This document shows positions 1 to 10,140 of a stretch of 64,000 nt of DNA, piece after piece. A program made the translations under genes and the position numbers. Positions within the stretch are counted from its first letter, which is position 1, and every line of letters begins with the position of its first letter. Source of the stretch: Methanotrichaceae archaeon (lineage in GTDB: Archaea; Halobacteriota; Methanosarcinia; Methanotrichales; Methanotrichaceae); the NCBI GenBank assembly GCA_963748825.1, contig CAVVKN010000004.1, forward strand, positions 1 through 64,000. Direction: 5' to 3'. The notes beneath the pieces are model-generated. The model did no database searches. It had not been told where the DNA came from and saw nothing but the letters and a program-made list of their open reading frames with translations.

Positions 1-44
1 TCCGCTACGTTAGCTTTATTAACCTCACGACCATTCTGGCGTCG

Positions 45-1496
45 GTGGGTTGCTTGAGAACTATAGCCTTTTGCATCTTGTCAGCCGCCTTGCTGATCTC
101 TTCCTTCGCGAACGGTGCCACGATACCGGTAAGCTCGAATCTGCAAGCTGCGATTGATGCTGCCTCCCCCGGCGATACCCTGCAGGTAGCTATGGGAGTC
201 TACGACAAAATAACCATACAAAAAAGCCTGAATCTGGTGGGCAATGGTGCGGTTATCCGGGCAGGAAATAGAGACGCCTGCGTAAACATAGATGCGGACA
301 ATGTCCGCATCAGCGGCTTTACGGTTAGAGACGGTTTTTATGGAATAAAGCTCAACAGCGTGTCGGGCTGCAATGTTTCCAACAACACCGTAATCTACTG
401 TGCTCAGCCCGGCATTGCCCTTATCTTTTCCGATGGGAATACAATCACAGGAAACAATGCCAGCTTTAACGGCATAGTGGGAGAGGGCTGGTATGGAATA
501 TACCTCTCCAACTCCAACGACAACCTCATCACGAACAATGTGGCCTACGGCAACGGCGCTTACGGCATCAATCTCTTTCCCTCCTGCAGCAATAATACCA
601 TACGCGCAAATGTGCTGCAGGGAAATATGTACGGCCTTTACATGTTCACCGATTGCGCCAACAATCTCATCGAAAAGAACGATCTGTCCAGGAATACCAA
701 CTCCGGTCTGGATCTACGCATCAACTGCACGGGCAATCTCATCATCAACAACACCATGGAGAATAACGTGGTGGCCGGACTGACTCTTATGGAAGAGTCA
801 GGTCAAAACACCATTAGCGGAAATGTCATAAGAAGCAACGGACGCTATGGATTACAGATACAGAGCCGCTCGGATGGCAATACCATCATTTATAACAACA
901 TCTCCGACAGCCAGACGGGAATATTCCTGGAGTCGAGCAAAAACGAAATCTATGGCAACCGCATAGCTGACAATGTCATTCAAGCTGACGATCGAGGAAC
1001 AAACCGCTGGAACGCACAATATCCCAAGGGCGGAAACCTCTGGAGCGACTACAGTGGCCAGGATGAGATGCAAGGACCCGGGCAAGAAGTCCCTGGCAAG
1101 GACGGCTTTGGGGATAAGCCCTACATAATGAGCAAGACCGCCAAAGATCAGTATCCAATTATGGGCGACCAGGTCAAGCAGATTATCATCCTCTCCAAGG
1201 AGCTGACTCCAACTGAGGCAAGGGTGGGTGACAGCATTGCCATTAAGGCAAAGCTGCAGTCCAGGTACGATCTCTTGCAGGTAACCGCTCGAGCCCATCA
1301 AAAAGGATCGGAGGCGCAGGGCTACTGCCGACTGGTTTTGTCCGGGGATTTCTACCAAGGAGCCTTCTCCACGGCTCTGCTGGAACCGGGAAAGTATGAT
1401 ATTGTCCTGAGCGCAAAAGATGCGCGAGGATATGAGCTGCAAGAGGCTTTGGGTGAAATCAAGGTTACCACTCGACGCGGTTTTGCCTCTTCATAA
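45..1496 (+). CDS. Secreted right-handed beta-helix (NosD/CASH-type) protein with C-terminal Ig-like module
   Basis: Signal peptide; LQAAIDAASPGDTL start motif; many GIxLxxSxxNxIxxN repeats; GGNLWSDY..DGFGDKPY motif. Confidence 0.85.
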   Translation: MGCLRTIAFCILSAALLISSFANGATIPVSSNLQAAIDAASPGDTLQVAMGVYDKITIQKSLNLVGNGAVIRAGNRDACVNIDADNVRISGFTVRDGFYGIKLNSVSGCNVSNNTVIYCAQPGIALIFSDGNTITGNNASFNGIVGEGWYGIYLSNSNDNLITNNVAYGNGAYGINLFPSCSNNTIRANVLQGNMYGLYMFTDCANNLIEKNDLSRNTNSGLDLRINCTGNLIINNTMENNVVAGLTLMEESGQNTISGNVIRSNGRYGLQIQSRSDGNTIIYNNISDSQTGIFLESSKNEIYGNRIADNVIQADDRGTNRWNAQYPKGGNLWSDYSGQDEMQGPGQEVPGKDGFGDKPYIMSKTAKDQYPIMGDQVKQIIILSKELTPTEARVGDSIAIKAKLQSRYDLLQVTARAHQKGSEAQGYCRLVLSGDFYQGAFSTALLEPGKYDIVLSAKDARGYELQEALGEIKVTTRRGFASS

Positions 1497-1537
1497 GTTA
1501 TATTTTATAAGTCACTATTGTATCTAAAGGGGAGATA

Positions 1538-2683
1538 ATGACAACATTCAGATCATGTTTGGGGTCCTGTTTAGCAGGAGTGGGCATCTTGGCGCTATTG
1601 GCGTTATTGATGCTGGCAAATGCAGCACACGGGGGCGAAGCCTATTGCGATGCCTGCAAGGGCGAAGGCTGGGACCCTATGGCAAAACTCGATGAGATTG
1701 GAAATCCAGACGCTGGAAAGACGGAGGTCATGCCTGGCCTGAGCACGGCTCAGAAGAACCGGGTGGGAATCTGGAAAAAGCCCCTCGCTGGCTTCAATGA
1801 GACAAATGAAACTGAAGTGAGCGATTCTGCGCAGGAAAATCTCCAGGAGAACAACGTCTCCGAAAGCCAGGTAGCTAAGAAGACCGAGCCGCGCAAAATC
1901 GCGGAGGAGAACGTGTCCATTGTGCGCAGCGCAAAGGCCAAGGGGTTGCTCGCTCCTATTGACGAGGTCACTGGCTCCGTGGTCTTGCTGGACATCAGCG
2001 AGAACGCCACGCAGCACATCACGGGATCGGTTGCCATTCCTTATACTAAATTCCTTCTCAACAGCACATATGTGCGATCCGAGGCTGAGCTGGCAAAGCT
2101 GCTGGGAGATGCCGGAATTTCCCGAGACGACCCGGTGGTCATCTACGGCGAATGCATGCCATGTGGTGGAGGACCAGCGCCTGCTACCTTTGTCTACTGG
2201 ATCATGAGGTCCCTGGGTCAGGAGAACGTCAGGGTGCTGGATGGAACGGTCAAGGATTGGGCATTAGCCGGAAAGCCGACGGCCACAGAGACGGCGATCT
2301 TGCCAGCCAAGACCTACACCTCACAAATTAATCAGGATTTCTCAGCCGATTATAACTATGTGAAAAGCGGCTCGGCCCAGATCGTGGATGCAAGAACCAT
2401 GCCGGAGTTCGGCGCGGGCTCCATTCCCGGAGCAATCAACATTCCCTACGAGAACGTTATCATCAATAGCAAAATCAGGGACGAAACCAAGCTTGATCGA
2501 GTCTTCGCCTTCCTTGACAAGAGCCAGCCAGTGGTAGTTTACACCAATACCGGCTTGAAGGGATCTGTGGTCTGGTTTGCCCTGACTCTCCAGGGATATG
2601 ATGCCCGGCTGTACTCCTATGAGAATTATCTGTATAATCAGGTAGCTCTAGACACAACATATGCGACTAATGCGACGGCTTGA
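1538..2683 (+). CDS. Secreted tandem rhodanese-like protein (atypical active site)
   Basis: Signal peptide; HITGSVAIP, LLGDAGISRDDPVVIYG, VRVLDG, IVDAR..GSIPGAINIP; C-domain loop VVYTNTG lacks Cys. Confidence 0.85.
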   Translation: MTTFRSCLGSCLAGVGILALLALLMLANAAHGGEAYCDACKGEGWDPMAKLDEIGNPDAGKTEVMPGLSTAQKNRVGIWKKPLAGFNETNETEVSDSAQENLQENNVSESQVAKKTEPRKIAEENVSIVRSAKAKGLLAPIDEVTGSVVLLDISENATQHITGSVAIPYTKFLLNSTYVRSEAELAKLLGDAGISRDDPVVIYGECMPCGGGPAPATFVYWIMRSLGQENVRVLDGTVKDWALAGKPTATETAILPAKTYTSQINQDFSADYNYVKSGSAQIVDARTMPEFGAGSIPGAINIPYENVIINSKIRDETKLDRVFAFLDKSQPVVVYTNTGLKGSVVWFALTLQGYDARLYSYENYLYNQVALDTTYATNATA

Positions 2684-2703
2684 ATAGGATCGGGGCAAAG
2701 ACC

Positions 2704-4305
2704 ATGAAGATATCAAGAATTGCCATGTGCATCCTGCTAATGATGGCGATATTTGCAGGAGCTGTATCAAGCGTTAATGGAGAGTGCTCCACCTGCAAAG
2801 GCGGGTCATCCACCGCCCAACAGGACGTGCTGAATAACGAGTGGGCGGTGTTCCTGGGCAAAGAGAATGCAACTACAGAGATGATGTCCAGCACAGGTGG
2901 TCTGGTCAATCCCCGGTATAACCGGCAGAACAATCCGTCCTTGCAGGCAGAGAAAAGCCAGGCATCATCCGATAAAGAAGATTTGAATATAGCATCCGTA
3001 ACAGGGGCAGAAAGCCCTTCAGACAGCAATGTCTCCAGCACTTTGCCCAGCAGCCAGGCAAATGCAAAGAGAAGCGATAGCTTTGCCTCTGTGCTGGTGC
3101 CCCTGGAGAGCGCCAATAATTCAGGGATAATTCTTGATATCAGCCCCGAATCTGCGGAGTTCATTCCCGGAGCTATAAGCATCCCTTATACCGAGTTTCT
3201 TGGTCCGGGAGGCACTCTCAAGCCAGTGTCCGAGATGGCGGCGATTTTAGGAGAGGCAGGCATATCGCAGGATGATGCGATCCTCATTTACGGTGAATGC
3301 CAGCCTTGCGGCGGAGGGCCATCGGCTGCAACTTATGTTTACTGGATAATGAAGTATCTGGGCCATGAGAATGTCAAACTGCTGGACGGAGGCATCGACG
3401 ACTGGGTGGCGGCCCTGAGGCCGACGGCAACACAGCCAGCAGCATTGCCTTCCCAGAACTATTCACCAGCCATTAAGGCCGATCTTCTGGCCACTTATGA
3501 GTTCGTGCATAGCGGCACGCCCCAGATCATTGACGCCAGAACGGCCACTGAATTTGAAACCGGATCGATACCAGGAAGCGTAAATATTCCTTATGACCGA
3601 GTACTGGACGACAAGAGGATCAAGGATAAAGAAGAGCTGGATGATCTATTCTCATCTCTGGATAAGAATAGGTCAGTTGTAGTCTACACCAATACCGGCG
3701 TCAAGGCTTCCATGATCTGGCTCGCCCTGAGTCTACTGGACTATGATGCCAGAATTTATTCCTGGCAGGATTGGCAGGCCAATTTGCCTCATCTTGACAT
3801 CGCTCTGCAGAAGGCTTACGCAAAGCCCAATCCCGCCAAGATCGGAGATGTTGTCCAGATAACGGCGCTCTTCGAAGAGAAGAACATTAGCTCAGAGCGC
3901 CTGCCAAAAAACGTTAACCGGAGCGAGAGCGAGACAATTCTGACCATCAAAGGGTGCGCTACCTGTGGATTTGGCTCGCCGCAGGGATATGCCGACCTGA
4001 GTAGCACCGGTGGCGTGGTGAAGATAGGCTCCACGTCTCAGGCACAAAAAAGCGCGGCAGAAAAAGGTTTCACGGTATTGGCTCAGGTATTGAGCCCTTC
4101 CGGAGATGCCGTCTCTCGGGTTGTAATGAAACGCATCAAATCTGACGGGGACGAGTTTGCCGGCATTTGGAATGCCAATGTGGCAGCCGGCATCTACAGG
4201 GTCAATATTGTAGCCACTTTAGGAGAAATCACCGAAACCTTCCCGGATGCCATGCAAATTGAGGTTGCGGGCACCAGTAAATATAAGAATCTTGGAAATG
4301 AATAA
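2704..4305 (+). CDS. Secreted tandem rhodanese-like protein with C-terminal Ig-like module; paralog of upstream gene
   Basis: ATG 2704 gives a signal peptide; same motifs (FIPGAISIP, VKLLDGG, IIDAR, GSIPGSVNIP, VVYTNTG). Confidence 0.85.
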   Translation: MKISRIAMCILLMMAIFAGAVSSVNGECSTCKGGSSTAQQDVLNNEWAVFLGKENATTEMMSSTGGLVNPRYNRQNNPSLQAEKSQASSDKEDLNIASVTGAESPSDSNVSSTLPSSQANAKRSDSFASVLVPLESANNSGIILDISPESAEFIPGAISIPYTEFLGPGGTLKPVSEMAAILGEAGISQDDAILIYGECQPCGGGPSAATYVYWIMKYLGHENVKLLDGGIDDWVAALRPTATQPAALPSQNYSPAIKADLLATYEFVHSGTPQIIDARTATEFETGSIPGSVNIPYDRVLDDKRIKDKEELDDLFSSLDKNRSVVVYTNTGVKASMIWLALSLLDYDARIYSWQDWQANLPHLDIALQKAYAKPNPAKIGDVVQITALFEEKNISSERLPKNVNRSESETILTIKGCATCGFGSPQGYADLSSTGGVVKIGSTSQAQKSAAEKGFTVLAQVLSPSGDAVSRVVMKRIKSDGDEFAGIWNANVAAGIYRVNIVATLGEITETFPDAMQIEVAGTSKYKNLGNE

Positions 4306-4317
4306 CTGGAGCTAAGC

Positions 4318-6207
4318 GTGAACTCCAGCTCATTTGCCTATTTTATTTTATTGGCTGGCTTGCTTAGCTGTGCGGCCGCTTTCCCCATGCAAAATGCGCT
4401 CGATAACAACAAGGCCAGCATCTGGTTTGAAAAGGAATACGACAGCTACTTCAAGCCAAATGCGGATGATGATATGCCTCCGGTCATTTATGGAGTGAGC
4501 GTAAGCCCCTCAGCGCTGAAGATAGGCGCTCCTAGAAGCGAGATCAACGCTTTTGTCCATGATGCGGGAAGCATTGAGATGGTCTATGCCGATATCGGCA
4601 ATCGCATGAACCTCATGCTGGATCTGAATCAAGACGGTAGATACACAGGATACTGCGGCTCCAACCTGCCGCCCGGAGCCTACAAGGTTACAATTGTGGC
4701 GATTGACAAATCCGGCAATGCGGCAAAGGATGAATCAGCAACCCTTACCATTCGCGACCCCAATGATCTCAACAGCAATGGAATCGAGGACAGCCTGGAA
4801 AAGCAAGGCGGAAAAGATGTGAAGGTGATCGTTCTTCATGACGGCAATCTGAGCGGTGTAGCTCCATCCGAGGATCGCTTCCATATCCTGCCAGGGAGCG
4901 CCTTGACGGTATCCGGCGACAAGCTGGAGAAGATTGCCAGGACGGATGGCGTCAAGGGCATCTACAAGGACCAGAAGCTGAAGGTTTTGGCGCTGCCAGG
5001 CCAGAGCAGCGGTCCGTCTTCGCTCACCGCTTCTCGCGATGATCCATGGAATATTGATGACCCCAGGGTGAATAAAGGCTACACGGGAGAGGGCGTGACC
5101 GTAGCCCTCATTGATACTGGCGCGGATCGTGATCACACAGCCCTGGCAGGCAAAATTTTGGCATTCAAGGATTTCGTTAACAACCAAACCGATTCCTACG
5201 ATGACAACGGACACGGCACCCATTGCGCCAGTCTTGTCGCCGGAGAGAAGGGCACAGGCGTAGCACCAGGAGCAAAGCTGGTAGTGATTAAGGTCATGGA
5301 CCGGGAAGGGGCGTGCTACTTATCTGATGCCCTCAACGCACTGGACTGGTGCCTGGAGAATAAAGAGCGTTACGGAATTAGGGTCGTATCCTTTTCCGTG
5401 GGCGGTGAGAGCCCTTCGGACGGAACATCTCTTCTGGATGAAGCCTGCGACAAAATGGTAGAAAAGGGGCTGGTTATGTGTGTGGCAGCAGGAAACTCCG
5501 GCCCTGCCGCCTCATCCATTGTAATTCCCGGTGATGCCGAGAATGTGATAACCGTGGGCGCTGTGGATAGCTCTGGCACTATCTTCGAATTATCCTCGCG
5601 CGGGCCGACTGCCAAAGGCGACACCAAGCCTGATCTGGTCACGCTGGGTGTGGATGTGGTCTCCGCCCTGGCCGGATCGAAGAGCGACAAGAGTTCAGTG
5701 AGCGGCACCTCGATGGCCGTTCCTCAGGTCTCCGGTGCCGCGGCAATACTGCTGGAAGCAAAGCCTGATCTTGCCCCGGCTGATGTGAAGAGGGTGCTGC
5801 TCAAGACTGCAGACGACCTGGGCCCATCCGGACAGGATAATGTTTACGGCTATGGGGCCCTCAATCTGACCGGTGCCCTGCACAGCATTAATGCGCCTCG
5901 CCCGGGGCTATCGCCTCCCGTTCTGGAGGAGATCAAGCTTAACCGGAATGATTGCCCTGTAGGCGAGCCGGTCATGATCGAGGCGCAAGCTCTAGGCGAT
6001 ATCAGCGCCATAAACGCCAACATCATAGGGCCGGACAGAAATATGGAGATACCCATGGACGACTTCGACGGCAACGGCATCTTCTCTGCCCGCTGGGAGA
6101 CGAGCTTTTGGAGCCCTGGCGACTACCAGGTAAAGGTTGACTTGCTGGGAAAATTCGGGGAGGTGGACTATAAGGCGGTCCCTTTCCGTCTATTGGAGAA
6201 GAGGTGA
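4318..6207 (+). CDS. Secreted S8 (subtilisin-like) serine peptidase
   Basis: Catalytic triad motifs IDTG, HGTH, GTSMA; AAGNSG; signal peptide. Confidence 0.93.
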   Translation: MNSSSFAYFILLAGLLSCAAAFPMQNALDNNKASIWFEKEYDSYFKPNADDDMPPVIYGVSVSPSALKIGAPRSEINAFVHDAGSIEMVYADIGNRMNLMLDLNQDGRYTGYCGSNLPPGAYKVTIVAIDKSGNAAKDESATLTIRDPNDLNSNGIEDSLEKQGGKDVKVIVLHDGNLSGVAPSEDRFHILPGSALTVSGDKLEKIARTDGVKGIYKDQKLKVLALPGQSSGPSSLTASRDDPWNIDDPRVNKGYTGEGVTVALIDTGADRDHTALAGKILAFKDFVNNQTDSYDDNGHGTHCASLVAGEKGTGVAPGAKLVVIKVMDREGACYLSDALNALDWCLENKERYGIRVVSFSVGGESPSDGTSLLDEACDKMVEKGLVMCVAAGNSGPAASSIVIPGDAENVITVGAVDSSGTIFELSSRGPTAKGDTKPDLVTLGVDVVSALAGSKSDKSSVSGTSMAVPQVSGAAAILLEAKPDLAPADVKRVLLKTADDLGPSGQDNVYGYGALNLTGALHSINAPRPGLSPPVLEEIKLNRNDCPVGEPVMIEAQALGDISAINANIIGPDRNMEIPMDDFDGNGIFSARWETSFWSPGDYQVKVDLLGKFGEVDYKAVPFRLLEKR

Positions 6208-6214
6208 AGCTGGT

Positions 6215-6799
6215 ATGTCTTTAGCATGGCAAGAGATCGCTCGGTTCGGCAAGAAATTGGTCGTTTCCGGACTTACCAGCTCCCGGTTCGGAAATATTAG
6301 CCTACTAGAGGGAGATAAGATCGTTATAACCTGCACCGGCAGCATGCTTGACGAGCTGGAGGAAAAATTGGTGGTGGAGGTTGATTTAAGCCGTCCCTGC
6401 GATCAGGACAAGATTGCCAGCAGCGAGACCTGTGTTCACCGAGCCATCTACCAGAGCACTATAAACAAGGCCATCATTCACACCCATTCTCCTTACGCTG
6501 TGGCTCTATCTCTATTGGAGAGAAAGACAGTAGAGCCACTGGATAGCGAGGGCATGATATTTTTAGGAACAATGCCAATTGTTGAGGGCCAAATCGGCAC
6601 AAATGAGCTGGCCAATGCCGTATCTTTTGTCCTGAAAACACATAAGGTATGTATCGCTCGCGGCCATGGCGTATTTGCCGCTGGCAATAGTCTCTCCGAT
6701 GCTTATACGGCAGCCTGTATGGCAGAGCATAGCGCGCAGGTTAGATATCTGGTAAAAGCCTATTCAAGCGGGGCCGGATTGGATGATAAAGTTCAATAG
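6215..6799 (+). CDS. Class II aldolase/adducin family protein (fuculose-phosphate aldolase-like)
   Basis: GNIS, SSETCVHRAIY, IIHTHSPYA, HGVFA motifs; ATG at 6215 after GAGGTGA. Confidence 0.85.
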   Translation: MSLAWQEIARFGKKLVVSGLTSSRFGNISLLEGDKIVITCTGSMLDELEEKLVVEVDLSRPCDQDKIASSETCVHRAIYQSTINKAIIHTHSPYAVALSLLERKTVEPLDSEGMIFLGTMPIVEGQIGTNELANAVSFVLKTHKVCIARGHGVFAAGNSLSDAYTAACMAEHSAQVRYLVKAYSSGAGLDDKVQ

Positions 6800-6872
6800 T
6801 ATGGCCTTATATTCCTCGTTCTTGCCCATCCCCCAGGGGATAAATTTATATCTTTACCCTCACTTCAATAAT

Positions 6873-6940
6873 ATGAGCGGGTAATCCTAGTTTTTGAAAT
6901 CCACACTGAACCCCCCACTCTCCTACCCGCTCACTTTAAA
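6873..6940 (+). ncRNA. Putative small RNA (stem with C/U-rich loop)
   Basis: TATA TTTATATC 6845-6852; perfect 10-bp stem TGAGCGGGTA 6874-6883 / TACCCGCTCA 6924-6933; loop contains CCCCCCACTCTCC; T-rich run after. Confidence 0.5.
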
Positions 6941-7019
6941 TTTTATATTTTGCAGATGACCGTCTTTTCTCCGGCCAATTGTCAAAAGATCTATTAATGC
7001 CGGAGGTTAAAGGTCTCCT

Positions 7020-8132
7020 ATGAACTCTTCTCTGGAGCTAGGAAAGATCATGGGCATACCAGTGCGGCTACACTGGACATTTCTGTTGGTCATCCTATAT
7101 ATTGCCTGGGCTTTTGCCTCTTTCAGCCAGACAGTCTACGGAAAGACTTATGGTTTCGGCGGCATTGAGCCGGCACAGCTGCGATGGCTCTATTCTCTGC
7201 TCTTTGCCGTAGTTCTCTTCGCCTGCGTGGCCCTGCATGAGCTGGGTCATTCCTATATCGCCCATAAGAACGGAATCAGCATAAAGAGCATAACTCTCTA
7301 CTTCTTCGGCGGGGTGGCTTCCATGGAGGAGATCCCCAGAAATCCCCGCCTGGAGCTGCAGATGGCCTTTGCCGGGCCGGCTGTAAGCGGGGTGCTGGGA
7401 TTGATCTCGGTTTACTTGGCCGGACCTGCTGCCGCTTTTGGTGGTGCAGGCAATGCTTTGGCCATCATGCTCTGGACTTTAGGCATCATGAATCTCATCC
7501 TCATGGCCTTCAATCTCCTCCCTGCCTTTCCCATGGATGGAGGCCGCCTTTTGCGGGCCTGGTTTGCCACCCGCATGCCATACATTAAAGCTACCCGGCG
7601 TGCTGCGGATATAGGAAAGATCTTCGCGACGCTTATGTTTCTGCTAGGCCTGTTATCCTTAAATTTCATGCTCCTCTTTGTGGCGTTCTTCGTTTATGTG
7701 GGGGCATCTGAAGAGGATAAGGCTACCGAAATAAGCGTCAGCCTGGAGGGAATACTGGTCAGAAACATAATGTCCACCCCGGTGCGCAGCATCGCTTTGG
7801 AAATGACACTTGAGGAGCTAAAAGAGCTGATGTTCCGAGAAAAACATAGAGGCTATCCGGTAATGTCTGGCGAGGCCCTGGAGGGAATTATCACCTTGAC
7901 CGATCTGCAAAAGGTTCCAGAAGCTCTGCGCACCCAAACTCGCGTCGATCAGGTGATGACAAGAAAGTTATATTTGATTGGCCCTGAGGAGGAGGCATCG
8001 ACTGCCATGAAGATGATGAATGACATGCAAATTCGCCGACTGCCTGTGATCGATAAGGGCCGATTGGTGGGCATCGTCTCCAGGGAGGACCTGGTCAGGG
8101 CCATTGAGCTGTGCAGAGAGCGGGAACATTAA
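7020..8132 (+). CDS. Site-2 protease (M50) with CBS domain pair
   Basis: HELGH, NLLPAFPMDGGR, TM segments, two C-terminal CBS motifs. Confidence 0.92.
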   Translation: MNSSLELGKIMGIPVRLHWTFLLVILYIAWAFASFSQTVYGKTYGFGGIEPAQLRWLYSLLFAVVLFACVALHELGHSYIAHKNGISIKSITLYFFGGVASMEEIPRNPRLELQMAFAGPAVSGVLGLISVYLAGPAAAFGGAGNALAIMLWTLGIMNLILMAFNLLPAFPMDGGRLLRAWFATRMPYIKATRRAADIGKIFATLMFLLGLLSLNFMLLFVAFFVYVGASEEDKATEISVSLEGILVRNIMSTPVRSIALEMTLEELKELMFREKHRGYPVMSGEALEGIITLTDLQKVPEALRTQTRVDQVMTRKLYLIGPEEEASTAMKMMNDMQIRRLPVIDKGRLVGIVSREDLVRAIELCREREH

Positions 8133-8144
8133 GAGGTAATCAAT

Positions 8145-9440
8145 TTGGAGAATACGACGGAAAAGATGAAAGAAGACGGCGCGCCTGCTTGCCTGCTGGT
8201 GGAGCCGGCGGAGAATCCCGCTGGCTGCGAGTCCCATGAGATCATAATAGTAGGAACGGCCCATGTCTCAGAAAAAAGCGTGCAGGAAGTAATCAGCAAA
8301 ATCGAGGAGATGCGGCCCGATATCGTGGCTGTAGAGCTGTGTCCTGCTCGCTATCGGGCTCTTATCGGCCAGGAGGTAGAGAAGGAGATCAAGATCAGTG
8401 AACTCTTGAGTGGCGGAAAACTCTTTTTCTTCCTGGTGCAGTTGTTTTTGGCCTACATCCAGAGAAAGATCGGCGAAGAGCTGGGGGTCAAACCCGGCTC
8501 GGAGATGCTGGCTGCCATCGAAGCTGCCAAGAAAGCTGGCGCACGGGTGGCGCTGGTCGATAGGGACATAGGCATTACCATTCAGCGCTTCTGGTCGGCT
8601 ATGGGATTTTTTGATAAGATCAGGCTGGTCGGATCCCTGATACCCGCGGCTCTTGGCTGGGGCGATGAAGAAGAAATTGATATTGACAGCATCACCCAGG
8701 CAGATATCGTCTCCCAGATGATCTCGGAGTTTCGTAAGATCTCCCCAGGAGCGGCGAACGTGCTGGTAGATGAGCGCGACGCCTTCCTTGCTCGTAATCT
8801 GCACCTGCTCTCCAAACAGGGCCGGGTGCTGGCCGTGGTAGGGGCGGGCCACAGAGAGGGCATTCTCAAGCATCTGGAGCATCCAGAGAATATTCCCGCC
8901 CTGGAAGGCTTGAATGAGAAGCCCGGCAAAAAGATCACCTTTGTCAAGATATTTGGGGTAGTGGTGAGCCTGCTCATCCTGGCCACCATTGGTCTGGTGC
9001 TGATCACGGCCCAGTCCAGCGAGATAATTCTCCAGGCCTGTGTCATCTGGTTCGTTGTAACGGGAGGGCTGTCGGCTTTAGGAGTGGTCCTGGCCAGAGG
9101 CCATCCTCTATCCGCCCTGACGGCGCTCATGGTGGCCTGGATGACGACCCTCAATCCCTTTGTGGCAGCGGGCTGGTTTGCCGGAATGGTGGAGGCCTGG
9201 AAGCTCAAGCCGACCGTATCCGACCTGAAAACGCTGGCTGCTGCAGACAGCTTTAAGCAGATGATGCAAAACCGCCTCTTCAAGGTCATCCTGGTGGCTG
9301 CACTTTCAAACGTGGGTGCCATGCTGGGGATGTTCGTTGGCGTCTATCTCATCTGGCATTGGCTGGGACTGAACCTTTCAGCAGAGATGATCTGGGAGAT
9401 GATAAAAAATGGATATTCTTCAATTCTTAATTATTTTTGA
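8145..9440 (+). CDS. TraB/PrgY/GumN family protein
   Basis: IVGTAHVS, VAVELC, PGSEM, LVDERD, VVGAGH motifs; C-terminal TM helices. Confidence 0.9.
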   Translation: MENTTEKMKEDGAPACLLVEPAENPAGCESHEIIIVGTAHVSEKSVQEVISKIEEMRPDIVAVELCPARYRALIGQEVEKEIKISELLSGGKLFFFLVQLFLAYIQRKIGEELGVKPGSEMLAAIEAAKKAGARVALVDRDIGITIQRFWSAMGFFDKIRLVGSLIPAALGWGDEEEIDIDSITQADIVSQMISEFRKISPGAANVLVDERDAFLARNLHLLSKQGRVLAVVGAGHREGILKHLEHPENIPALEGLNEKPGKKITFVKIFGVVVSLLILATIGLVLITAQSSEIILQACVIWFVVTGGLSALGVVLARGHPLSALTALMVAWMTTLNPFVAAGWFAGMVEAWKLKPTVSDLKTLAAADSFKQMMQNRLFKVILVAALSNVGAMLGMFVGVYLIWHWLGLNLSAEMIWEMIKNGYSSILNYF

Positions 9441-9451
9441 TTTATAATTTT

Positions 9452-10114
9452 TTAATTTTTCCGCTCGGAGACGACGGCAATTCCTGCATCCTTGATCTTG
9501 TTCTTGCGAGCTACATTGAGCAGAAAGGGCGTCAGGCTCTCCACCATGGAGGAGACGGCCAATGGACCCGCGTTCAGTGGTCGGAGACTCTTTATCTCAC
9601 CGGCCAATTGCGCAGTGATATCTATATCCTCTGCATCATCGCCACAGATAAAAGCATCCGCCTTCATCACCCTATTAATATCCTGCAGAGCTGCGGCGCA
9701 GATGGTATGAAAGGCAGAGACCACTCTAACGCCTTCCGGGAGCAGCGACCTTGCCTGCAGGGCTGCGCTTCCCTCGATAGGTGGACGATACTGGAAAAAC
9801 TTGCCATTATAGAACATGGGCACCACGGGCGAGATGACGAGCTGGCTCTTGTAGGCTTCTGACAGACCCGCTGTAACAGAAGCCAAATGCTCATAGGGCA
9901 CGCATAGCACGACCACATCAGCCGTAGCAATGGCACAGGCGTTGTCCGTGCCCTGCACATTGCCAACCTCCCCTAAGAGCTGCAATACCGCGGCCGCGCT
10001 CTCCCTGGCTTTATCAACATTTCGTGAGCCGATGATGATCTCATGCTTTTGCCCCCAGCGCACGGCAAATCCCGTGCCGATACCGCCGGTTCCACCAACA
10101 AGAGCAATTTTCAT
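9452..10114 (-). CDS. npdG: NADPH-dependent F420 reductase (F420H2:NADP+ oxidoreductase)
   Basis: GGTGGIG Rossmann motif, IGSR, GSAA, VSAFH, VESLTP. Confidence 0.9.
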   Translation of the reverse strand: MKIALVGGTGGIGTGFAVRWGQKHEIIIGSRNVDKARESAAAVLQLLGEVGNVQGTDNACAIATADVVVLCVPYEHLASVTAGLSEAYKSQLVISPVVPMFYNGKFFQYRPPIEGSAALQARSLLPEGVRVVSAFHTICAAALQDINRVMKADAFICGDDAEDIDITAQLAGEIKSLRPLNAGPLAVSSMVESLTPFLLNVARKNKIKDAGIAVVSERKN

Positions 10115-10140
10115 GGCCTTCGCATTAACCCCCTATTATT

